Positions 37,248-45,431 of a stretch of 64,000 nucleotides of DNA are shown piece by piece (within the stretch, counting starts at the first letter, position 1; each line of letters begins with the position of its first letter). Origin of the DNA: Bacillota bacterium. Lineage in GTDB: Bacteria; Bacillota; Dethiobacteria; DTU022. The stretch lies in the NCBI GenBank assembly GCA_011389985.1, contig JAABTH010000009.1, positions 32,837 through 96,836 of the forward strand, read 5' to 3'. The notes beneath the pieces were generated by a model, which was given only the letters and a program-made list of their open reading frames with translations, searched no databases and was not told where the DNA came from. Both the position numbers and the translations under genes were made by a program.

Positions 37248-37715
37248 ATGAAATGTCCTTATTGTGGTGAGCCTGATACTCGTGTCCTTGATTCAAGAGC
37301 CACCCAGGATTCTTCGGCAATCAGAAGAAGACGTCAATGTGTGAGCTGTTCGAATCGTTTTACAACCATGGAAAAGATTGAAGAAGAGCCGCTCGTGGTG
37401 ATCAAGCGTGATGGCAGGCGTGAGCTGTTTGATTCCGGTAAGATATTAAAGGGACTACTGCTGGCCGGTCAAAAAAGGAATATTCCTCTTTCACGGTGGG
37501 AAGAACTGGTAGATGAACTTGAACTTGATCTGCGCAGCAGCTTTGTAAAAGAAGTTCCCGCAGACAGTATCGGAGATATTATCCTTAAGAAGCTCCGTAA
37601 AATTGATGAAGTGGCTTATGTTCGCTTCGCCTCGGTATTCCGGCAATTCCCCGATGTAGAAGCCTTTAAAGCAGAACTCGATCAAATCCTGAAAGAAACG
37701 GGAGACGAGGGTTAG
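37248..37715 (+). CDS. nrdR: Transcriptional repressor NrdR
   Basis: MKCPYC, IRRRRQC..C..RFTT, ATP cone, VAYVRFASV. Confidence 0.97.
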   Translation: MKCPYCGEPDTRVLDSRATQDSSAIRRRRQCVSCSNRFTTMEKIEEEPLVVIKRDGRRELFDSGKILKGLLLAGQKRNIPLSRWEELVDELELDLRSSFVKEVPADSIGDIILKKLRKIDEVAYVRFASVFRQFPDVEAFKAELDQILKETGDEG

Positions 37716-37851
37716 CAGTCAGGAGAAATTTACAAGATGATCAACGAAAAATATTATTTGGCTGAAGAAACTAGTAGCTTGTCTTAACAACGTGAATTAT
37801 TAGTGGTACGCTGAACATACGATTCGGGTAATCGAAACGGGAGGAATAACC

Positions 37852-39948
37852 ATGATCAGTAACAATACAACATCGAAAGACCGGAAAGCAGCAAATTACG
37901 ATAATCCCTTCAGAGAAATCCGCAAACGCGACGGGCGGGTTGTTCCTTTCGATCCTGATAAGATTACCGACGCAATATTTAAAGCTGCCCGGGCAGTTGG
38001 AGGAAGCGATCGCGGTATTGCTGAAAACCTGACCCGTCAGGTGATAAAAAGCCTTCAGGAAAAAGCCCATAATGGGATAATTCCTTCCGTTGAAGAAGTG
38101 CAGGATGAAGTTGAAATAATGTTAATTGAAAATGGTCATGCCCGCACTGCCAAAGCCTATATTCTTTACCGCGATCGCCGTACGCGTATTCGTGATGGCA
38201 AGTCGGAACTTATGGATGTAGTTAAAGATATTCTGGTTGAAACAAGCCGGGAAAATGCGAATGTCAATAACTCTCCATCAGCTAAGATGCTTCAAATCGC
38301 CATGGCTGCCAGCAAACAGTATTACCTGAGCAATCTCTTGCCGGAAGAATATGCCCGTGCCCATGAAGAAGGGGCCCTGCATATACATGATCTTGATTAT
38401 TACAGCAAGACTCTGAACTGCCTGCAGATTGATCTCTCAAAGTTGTTAAAAGAAGGCTTTAACACCGGTTACGGGTATATCCGTCCCCCGAAAAGAATTG
38501 CATCAGCAGTTGCCCAGGCAGCGATTATTTTGCAGAGCAATCAGAACGACATGTTCGGAGGGCAAAGTTTTCCTCATTTCGACCGCAGTATGGGAGACTT
38601 AATCCGCCGCCTGGAAAAACAGCCTGATTACAATGAAATTTACCAGGCCATGGAAGGCCTGATCTACAACCTAAATAATATGTCAAGTCGGGCTGGGGCT
38701 CAGGTGCCCTTCTCTTCTTTGAACTTTGGTACAGATACAACAGATGAAGGACGTCTGGTAACAAAGGCAGTGCTTGAAGCATTCAGGCGCGGGCTGGGTC
38801 ATGGAGAGACACCGATCTTTCCCAACCTGGTTTTCAGAATTAAGAAAGGCGTCAACTTTAATGCTGAAGATCCGAACTATGATCTCTACAAACTTGCTCT
38901 GCAGGTTGCCTCGCGCCGAATGAACCCCACCTTCAGCTTTATGGACAGCTCGTTTAACCGTAAATATGGTGATGAAGTCTCTTACATGGGCTGCCGCACC
39001 CGCGTTATCGCCAACCGGCACGGAGCCGAGGTTTCAGCCGGACGCGGTAATATTGCGCCCGTCACTCTGAATCTGCCGCGGCTTGCTCTTGAGAGCAAAG
39101 GTCAGCAGGAGCTCTTTTTCGTTCAGCTTGACCGACTGATGCGTCTGGCTTCACGTCAGCTTTTGCATCGTTTTGAAGTGCTTTCCAGGTTAAGGGCAAG
39201 GGATTTGCCTTTCCTAATGGGACAGCAGCTCTACCTTGATTCAGAAAAACTTGGGCCCGGTGACACCATTCATGAAGTTATCAAACATGGCACCTTGGCC
39301 GTCGGTTTTATCGGCCTTGCTGAAACCCTTAATATGCTAATTGGCAAGCACCACGGGGAAGATTCCGAAGCGCTTGAGCTGGGCCTTAAAATAGTTGAAC
39401 ATATGCGCAGACGCACCGACAGTTATGCCGATGAATATGACCTGAATTTTGTTCTTGTTGCCACCCCGGCCGAGGGATTGGCCGGCCGTTTCGTGGCTAT
39501 GGATCGGGAGCGTTTCGGAACAATACCCGGTGTAACCGATAAAGAATACTACAGTAACTCTTTCCACATTCCCGTCTATTATGCCATCTCCACCTTTGAA
39601 AAAATCAGGACTGAAGGGTATTTTCACAAGTTTTGTAATGCGGGCCATATCAGTTATACTGAGCTTGAGGCACCGCCGGTCCATAATCCTGAAGCGGTTG
39701 ACAGGATAATCCGGAATATGGCTGAATCCGACTTTGGTTACGGAGGTATAAATTATCCTCTTGATGAATGCCGGGCTTGTTCACAAAGCGGTGTATTCAA
39801 TCTCGAATGTCCTCACTGCGGCAGCACAGAGATAAGGCGTATACGCCGCATAACAGGATATCTCTCCACAGACGAACGCTTTAACCCGGCCAAGTTGAGT
39901 GAACTAAAAGACAGGCGGGTTCATTTCGCACCCGGTGATACCAAGTGA
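37852..39948 (+). CDS. nrdD: Class III anaerobic ribonucleoside-triphosphate reductase
   Basis: N-terminal ATP cone, HIHDLD, MGCRT, ATPAEG, CxxC..CxxC, glycyl-radical loop RRITGYL. Confidence 0.96.
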   Translation: MISNNTTSKDRKAANYDNPFREIRKRDGRVVPFDPDKITDAIFKAARAVGGSDRGIAENLTRQVIKSLQEKAHNGIIPSVEEVQDEVEIMLIENGHARTAKAYILYRDRRTRIRDGKSELMDVVKDILVETSRENANVNNSPSAKMLQIAMAASKQYYLSNLLPEEYARAHEEGALHIHDLDYYSKTLNCLQIDLSKLLKEGFNTGYGYIRPPKRIASAVAQAAIILQSNQNDMFGGQSFPHFDRSMGDLIRRLEKQPDYNEIYQAMEGLIYNLNNMSSRAGAQVPFSSLNFGTDTTDEGRLVTKAVLEAFRRGLGHGETPIFPNLVFRIKKGVNFNAEDPNYDLYKLALQVASRRMNPTFSFMDSSFNRKYGDEVSYMGCRTRVIANRHGAEVSAGRGNIAPVTLNLPRLALESKGQQELFFVQLDRLMRLASRQLLHRFEVLSRLRARDLPFLMGQQLYLDSEKLGPGDTIHEVIKHGTLAVGFIGLAETLNMLIGKHHGEDSEALELGLKIVEHMRRRTDSYADEYDLNFVLVATPAEGLAGRFVAMDRERFGTIPGVTDKEYYSNSFHIPVYYAISTFEKIRTEGYFHKFCNAGHISYTELEAPPVHNPEAVDRIIRNMAESDFGYGGINYPLDECRACSQSGVFNLECPHCGSTEIRRIRRITGYLSTDERFNPAKLSELKDRRVHFAPGDTK

Positions 39949-40466
39949 TTTTGCGTCTTGCCGGCATTCAATATGACAGTATCGTAGACGGCCCTGGTAT
40001 TCGTCTTGCTCTTTTCGTTCAGGGCTGCTCACACCGTTGCCCGGGGTGCCATAACCCTGAAACTCATGACCCTCAGGGCGGCAAACCGGTAGAACTCAGT
40101 CAGCTAGTGGAAATAATTTATGGTTGTGAAAATATTGACGGAGTGACTATTTCCGGTGGGGAACCTTTTGAGCAAGCCGAGCCCGTCGCTGCCCTTGCTA
40201 GCGCAATTACTGAACATGGGCTCGATCTAATTTTATACAGTGGTTACAATTTTGAAAAATTGCAAGAGAAGGCTTTAGCAGATAAAAACATTTACCGTAT
40301 TCTCTCGCTGGGGAGGCTGCTAATCGATGGTCCTTTTATTCAGAGCGAATGCGATCTTACCCTGCCTTTCCGTGGCTCCCGCAACCAGCGAATTATTGAT
40401 CTGCCTCTCTCCCTGCGGGCCGGGCGCCCAGTTCAATGGGCAGATCTGTTACGGAGTGAATTATAA
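39945..40466 (+). CDS. nrdG: Anaerobic RNR activating radical-SAM enzyme
   Basis: SIVDGPGIR, CxxxCxxC ([10 protein letters not shown]), [14 protein letters not shown]. Confidence 0.95.
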   Translation: MILRLAGIQYDSIVDGPGIRLALFVQGCSHRCPGCHNPETHDPQGGKPVELSQLVEIIYGCENIDGVTISGGEPFEQAEPVAALASAITEHGLDLILYSGYNFEKLQEKALADKNIYRILSLGRLLIDGPFIQSECDLTLPFRGSRNQRIIDLPLSLRAGRPVQWADLLRSEL

Positions 40467-41302
40467 TCAGGCTTTTTCGTAATGGCAAATTAGCTTATTT
40501 CCAATCGCCCTTACTCTCAAACAGCGGTTTGACCGACCATGCTTTTTCAACCCGTATTGGAGGCTGCAGCACAGGTCCTGTCGCATCGTTAAATATGGCT
40601 TTCCATACTGAAGACAAAGAAGAAAATGTCCTGGAAAACCGCCGCCGTTTTTTTAAGATTTTCGACCAGAATGTTATGGAGATAATATCTGCAATCCAGA
40701 TCCACGGAGCTGACCTTGCTGTAATCGGTTACGACAACCTTGGGCAGGGAGCCATACCCGGAAGCGCTGTTTGCCATTGTGATGCCCTGCTTACGACAGA
40801 ACCCGAACTGGCTCTTACTGCTTACTCAGCCGATTGTCTACTGATCTATTTTGCTGCGATTGATACCCCTTTGATAGCCATTGCCCATGCTGGTCGCCGG
40901 GGAACACTGCAGGGGATAGCAGGAAAAGTAATCAAAGCGATAAATAAAGAATACAATCTTTCGCCGGATAGAATTCAAGCAGTTTTAAGCCCGGCGATTT
41001 GTAAAAACTGTTATACTATAAACAGTGAAATAGCGGTTGATTTTGAAGCTGCAGGATGGGCAGACCGCAACTATCTTGAACAGTTATCTTCTGGAAAATG
41101 GAAGCTTGATTTGGCGGCAATTAATAAAACTCAGCTGCTGGAAGCGGGAGTTAAAGGTGAAAATCTTGAAATCAGCCCTTTGTGCACATCCTGCCGAAAC
41201 GATCTGTTCTACTCCTATCGTCGGGATCAAGGAAGAACGGGTAGGATGATCGGGTTTATTAGAATAAGAAGTAGCCGGGGGGAAAAGAGGTTTGAAAGAT
41301 AA
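40460..41302 (+). CDS. pgeF: PgeF/YfiH-family purine nucleoside phosphorylase (peptidoglycan editing factor)
   Basis: FSTRIGG, QIHG, SADC, HAG, LCTSC, FYSYRRD. Start uncertain: ATT 40460 or ATA 40463 proposed; first canonical start is TTG 40529. Confidence 0.88.
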   Translation: MIIRLFRNGKLAYFQSPLLSNSGLTDHAFSTRIGGCSTGPVASLNMAFHTEDKEENVLENRRRFFKIFDQNVMEIISAIQIHGADLAVIGYDNLGQGAIPGSAVCHCDALLTTEPELALTAYSADCLLIYFAAIDTPLIAIAHAGRRGTLQGIAGKVIKAINKEYNLSPDRIQAVLSPAICKNCYTINSEIAVDFEAAGWADRNYLEQLSSGKWKLDLAAINKTQLLEAGVKGENLEISPLCTSCRNDLFYSYRRDQGRTGRMIGFIRIRSSRGEKRFER

Positions 41303-42509
41303 AAAAAGGAAAGCCGCCCAAAAAGGGTTTCAGGTTTTGCCGGGAGAAGGAAAAAGATTTAGCTTAAAAAACTTCAAGCAGGCGGCTATTTTTTATGTTT
41401 TGCTTCTTTTAGCCCTTGTCGTTATTGTTCAGATCGGTTACCACTGGCTGGGAGAACAGTTTCTTGTCTGGAGGCTTCAGTTAGTTGAAGCAGAAATGGG
41501 AGAAATGCGGCAGGAAATCACAGTTGATGGCGTTATTACCCGTCATGAGAAAGTCATTTATGCACCTGCCAACGCTGTTGTTCTCTACCTTGCTCCCGAT
41601 GGTGAACGAATATCTACAGGTGAAGAACTGGCCAGGCTCGGCCTGGTTTCTGCCGCGGATCTGCAGGCTCTTAACGGATCAGAAGAAAATGAACGCGATG
41701 AAGATCTCTGGCGGCAGCTTGAAGAATACTGGGATAACCTCTTCAGCAGTGCCGATGATCAAGTTGAAGAAAGCCTGGATACAGATTATGCAGAAGAGCA
41801 AACAGATCAGTCATTAAAGACCGGTTTACATGAAGATATAATGATATTATATAATGAAGAACCCGGACTAATTTCTTATTATACTGATGGTCTGGAGACT
41901 CTTAACGGACCTTATTTCCCTGAGATAAGTGCAACGGATAGCGGGAATAAAGATACAGAAGATAAAGATATAGAAGATAAAGAAACTGGTCTCATAAATA
42001 GTGGCCGTCAGGTTTCTGAAGGGAATTTGATCGGAGCAGGAGATCCGCTTTTAAAAATTGTTGACAACTGGCAGTGGTATTTCAGTGCAACAGTACCTCT
42101 GCATCCCGGGCGAACCCTGGCTGAAATGCAGTCAGTTACTCTTGAATTTAAATTTGCAGAGGGAGAAACTGTTCGGGCGGCTCTTATACACAGTGAGATA
42201 GATGAAGCAGCACAAAAAGTGAGGCTTGCCTATAAAATTGAAAAACAACTGCCTGGTTTTGAAAAGGTTCGTCTGGCAGGCGCTTCTTTACTCTATAGAC
42301 AGCAAAGCGGTATAATTGTTCCTGAAGATTCGGTATTTGAAAAAGATGGCGAAATGGGCCTTTACATTAACCAGGGAGGCAGAGTGGTATTCAGGCCTGT
42401 GTCAGTTATAGAAAGACAGAATGAAATGGTTATGATTGAAGGGTTGGAGCCTTTCAGTCTGGTGATAACCCGTCCGGCCCTGGTCGAAGAGGGTCAGCGT
42501 TTCAGATGA
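41292..42509 (+). CDS. Membrane-anchored HlyD-like/barrel-sandwich hybrid protein
   Basis: One N-terminal TM, IYAPANAVV..GERI motif, IVPEDSV..RPVSV C-terminus; this family commonly precedes yggS in clostridia. Confidence 0.65.
   Translation: MKDKKRKAAQKGFQVLPGEGKRFSLKNFKQAAIFYVLLLLALVVIVQIGYHWLGEQFLVWRLQLVEAEMGEMRQEITVDGVITRHEKVIYAPANAVVLYLAPDGERISTGEELARLGLVSAADLQALNGSEENERDEDLWRQLEEYWDNLFSSADDQVEESLDTDYAEEQTDQSLKTGLHEDIMILYNEEPGLISYYTDGLETLNGPYFPEISATDSGNKDTEDKDIEDKETGLINSGRQVSEGNLIGAGDPLLKIVDNWQWYFSATVPLHPGRTLAEMQSVTLEFKFAEGETVRAALIHSEIDEAAQKVRLAYKIEKQLPGFEKVRLAGASLLYRQQSGIIVPEDSVFEKDGEMGLYINQGGRVVFRPVSVIERQNEMVMIEGLEPFSLVITRPALVEEGQRFR
41947..41984 (+). repeat. In-frame 15-bp tandem repeat (about 2.5 copies)
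   Basis: ATAAAGATACAGAAG ATAAAGATATAGAAG ATAAAGAA, encoding KDTED-KDIED-KET. Confidence 0.75.
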
Positions 42510-42571
42510 TTCGGCTAAAACCGGATCATCAGTTGACAGCACATCTTTATCTAAAGGGGTGAGAGAAGCAA

Positions 42572-43234
42572 ATGCTGGTCGATAATTATAAAAAGGTGAT
42601 AAGCGATATAACCTCTGCAGCTCGAAAAGTGGGCCGCAACCCTGATAATGTCAAACTGATAGCAGTAACAAAGACAGTTGGTGCTGTCGAGGTTCAACAC
42701 GCTATAACCCTTGGTATAAAAGATTTTGGAGAAAACAGGGTTCAGGATGCGGCTGAGAAAGTTGAACAGTTCCCAACAGTAAACTGGCACTTTATCGGCC
42801 ATCTGCAGTCAAACAAGGTTAAAAATGTTCTTCCCGTTTATTCGCTTATCCATTCACTCGATCGCCTTTCTTTGGCTGATGCCCTGCAGAGCCGCGCCGA
42901 AAGCCTTGATCAAGATGTCAATGTCTTTGTCCAGGTAAACGTATCCGGTGAGCTCAGCAAATTTGGACTTCCCCCTGCCAAGCTGCCGGCATTCCTGATG
43001 AAATTATACTCATATAACAGGATAAAAGTCAGTGGTTTGATGACTATGGCTCCTTTCGTAGACGATCCGGAAGATGCCAGGCCTTATTTCAGATATTTAA
43101 GGCAGTTGAAAGACAAGCATTCGAAACCAGGCATGGAACTGCCTGAGCTGTCAATGGGAATGACTAATGATTTTATGATTGCTGTCGAAGAAGGAGCTAC
43201 AATGGTCCGTATTGGCAGCGCTTTATTTGGTTGA
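42572..43234 (+). CDS. yggS: PLP homeostasis protein
   Basis: LIAVTKT, FGENRVQ, WHFIGHLQSNK, GLMTM, LSMGMTND, VRIGSALFG. Confidence 0.97.
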   Translation: MLVDNYKKVISDITSAARKVGRNPDNVKLIAVTKTVGAVEVQHAITLGIKDFGENRVQDAAEKVEQFPTVNWHFIGHLQSNKVKNVLPVYSLIHSLDRLSLADALQSRAESLDQDVNVFVQVNVSGELSKFGLPPAKLPAFLMKLYSYNRIKVSGLMTMAPFVDDPEDARPYFRYLRQLKDKHSKPGMELPELSMGMTNDFMIAVEEGATMVRIGSALFG

Positions 43235-43250
43235 AAGGAAGGTGGTTGCA

Positions 43251-43538
43251 ATTAATCGTTTTGTAGCTGAAGGATTACTCTTATTTATTCAAATTTATTA
43301 CATTATAGTATTTGCCAGGATTATCCTTTCATGGTTTATGATGGGTGCAGGAGGAAATGATGCCCTTTCATCGATTTACCAGGTCGTTTATGGCTTAACC
43401 GAACCGCTCCTAGCCCCATTGCGCAAGGTTTTACCCATGATCCGGATCGGTATGGGCTATCTTGATCTTGCTCCGCTAGTCCTCTTGATCCTGCTCAGTC
43501 TTTTACGTCGGTTGATTTATCAGTATGTAATATTCTAA
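43251..43538 (+). CDS. yggT: YggT/YlmG family membrane protein
   Basis: RIILSW, LTEPLLAPLRK, DLAPLV; start uncertain (ATT 43251 or GTG 43242). Confidence 0.88.
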   Translation: MNRFVAEGLLLFIQIYYIIVFARIILSWFMMGAGGNDALSSIYQVVYGLTEPLLAPLRKVLPMIRIGMGYLDLAPLVLLILLSLLRRLIYQYVIF

Positions 43539-43552
43539 GGGGAGCGAAAAAA

Positions 43553-44323
43553 GTGACAAACAGATCACCCCTGTCAGATGCAGAGAAACAGTGGCTGCAG
43601 AATTTTGAAAGAAAACTGAAGGAACTGGAACATAGAGACAGAGACACCGATGTTACTTCTTTTTTGGATCCCCGTCAGCTTGAACTGGCTGAAACTGCTT
43701 TGCGCACGAATCCGGCCTTTTCGTACCTTGTTTACGGCGGATATCCTGCTGCCGAGCGAAATGTACTCAATATATTTCCTGCCCAGCATCAGGGCACACT
43801 CCCGGCGCTTGAAGCCGTGCTTGTAAGATGGCATGAAAAAGATGTAATTGGACATCGCGATTTACTCGGTGCAGTTATGGCTCTGGGTCTGAGACGTGAC
43901 CAGATCGGTGATATTGTCATGCTGCAGGATAACGAGGCAGCTGTTATAGTCAGTGAAACGAAAGCTGAGTACATTCTTGCTAATCTGACCCAGGCTGGGC
44001 GTGTTGCCTTGAGCAGCGAAATTGTTAAGCCGGAAAAACTGCCCCTGCCAAGAGATGATGGCAGAATCATAAAAGGAACAGTCGCCAGTCTTCGTGTTGA
44101 TGCCCTGTTGTCGCTCGGGTTTGGCATATCCAGATCAAGAGTAGTCTTACTGATTAAAAGTGGTCTGGTCAGGGTCAACTGGAGACCAATTAGTGCACCA
44201 TCAGACCAGTTAAGCGAAGGCGATCAGGTTTCTCTTAAAGGCAGAGGTCGTATTTTGGTGGAGTCTGTGGAAGGTGAGACCCGCAAAGGAAGAATACGTC
44301 TAAAATTGAAGAAATATGGCTAA
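43553..44323 (+). CDS. ylmH: YlmH-family S4 RNA-binding protein
   Basis: TSFLDP, GGYPAAER, HRDLLGA, VASLRVDA, RGRI. Confidence 0.92.
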   Translation: MTNRSPLSDAEKQWLQNFERKLKELEHRDRDTDVTSFLDPRQLELAETALRTNPAFSYLVYGGYPAAERNVLNIFPAQHQGTLPALEAVLVRWHEKDVIGHRDLLGAVMALGLRRDQIGDIVMLQDNEAAVIVSETKAEYILANLTQAGRVALSSEIVKPEKLPLPRDDGRIIKGTVASLRVDALLSLGFGISRSRVVLLIKSGLVRVNWRPISAPSDQLSEGDQVSLKGRGRILVESVEGETRKGRIRLKLKKYG

Positions 44324-44327
44324 ACAG

Positions 44328-44354
44328 GCAGGAATAATAGTCGTTTTGTAGAAC
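44328..44354 (+). promoter_or_regulatory. sigma-H-like promoter for divIVA
   Basis: GCAGGAATA-11 bp-GTAGAAC. Confidence 0.55.
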
Positions 44355-44392
44355 TTTGCCAATAACCTAAGTGTCTACAGGGAGGTCATATA

Positions 44393-45043
44393 ATGGGTAT
44401 TACTCCGCTCGATATACAAGATAAGGAATTTGAACGCGCATTTCGTGGTTACGAAATGGAGGATGTTGATGAATTTTTAGACCAGATCGCTAAAGATCTG
44501 GAAGAACTACTTAAAGAAAATGCAGAACTGAAAGAAAAGGTTACTTTAATGCAGGATAAAAACAAGGACTACGTGCAGATGGAAGATACCATGCGTAATG
44601 CAATTGTAGTTGCCCAAAAAGCAGCGGATGAGGTTAAGCAGACAGCAGTAAAAGAAGCAGAATCGGTAAAAAATGATGCGCTTCGGGAAGCCAGACAAAT
44701 TACTGAAGATGCTCGCAATCGTTCCGGGAAGATTGTAGTTGAGCATGAATCGTTGGTTAAGCATGCCCAGGATTTCAAACTGCGATTTCGTTCATTTGTA
44801 GAAGCTCAGTTGGAAGCAATTGATAATGAAGAGTGGTTGGACGAAAGGTCAAAAACAGAAAGTTTTAAAGAACTAACAAGAGAATTTGAACCGATCCTGA
44901 ACTCTGAGCCAGAAGAAGCGCAAGCTGCTGAAGGCCCTGAACTGAAGCCTGAAAACGAGGAAGAACCGGAGCCGCCCTTCGAATCAGATCTGGATCTCGA
45001 CTATGGTCTTGAGCGTGATCTTGATTCCGACCCGGAGTTTTAA
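44393..45043 (+). CDS. divIVA: Cell division protein DivIVA
   Basis: ITPLDIQDKEFERAFRGYEMEDVDEFLD, long coiled coil. Confidence 0.95.
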   Translation: MGITPLDIQDKEFERAFRGYEMEDVDEFLDQIAKDLEELLKENAELKEKVTLMQDKNKDYVQMEDTMRNAIVVAQKAADEVKQTAVKEAESVKNDALREARQITEDARNRSGKIVVEHESLVKHAQDFKLRFRSFVEAQLEAIDNEEWLDERSKTESFKELTREFEPILNSEPEEAQAAEGPELKPENEEEPEPPFESDLDLDYGLERDLDSDPEF

Positions 45044-45078
45044 AATATAGGGAAGAATCATTAATTATAGATTACCGT

Positions 45079-45115
45079 AACTTCCCCGTCCATTTGCGGA
45101 GGAAGTTTTTCTTTT
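45079..45115 (+). terminator. Intrinsic terminator after divIVA
   Basis: AACTTCCCCG...CGGAGGAAGTT followed by a T tract. Confidence 0.7.
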
Positions 45116-45122
45116 GCTATTG

Positions 45123-45151
45123 TTGATTTTAAGTTTTTAACATGCTACAAT
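45123..45151 (+). promoter_or_regulatory. sigma-A promoter for T-box/ileS
   Basis: TTGATT-17 bp-TACAAT with TGn extension. Confidence 0.7.
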
Positions 45152-45162
45152 TTAGCTCAAGT

Positions 45163-45410
45163 ACAATGAACGGGACATGAAAGTGGTAAAACTGCTAATC
45201 CAGAGAGTCGGTATAAGGTGAGAGTCCGGCACGGCTGTTTCGCTTAAAATCACCCGGGAGTTTCCGCTCGAACTTTCCAACAGGAAATTGTAGAAGTGGA
45301 CGGCAGCCGCCGTTACCGGTTTTGATCAGAGTGGCTGTAATATCGGCACAGCTATTAGGGTGGTACCGCGGGAGATAATCTCGCCCCTTACGGGGCGAGA
45401 TGTTTATGTA
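45163..45410 (+). ncRNA. Ile T-box riboswitch
   Basis: AG and GNTG boxes (CAGAGAG..GGTGAGAG), ATC specifier at 45249-45251, T-box AGGGTGGTACCGCG at 45357-45370, terminator ATCTCGCCCC-TTAC-GGGGCGAGAT. Confidence 0.93.
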
Positions 45411-45431
45411 AATGAAAAAAGGAGATTGATT

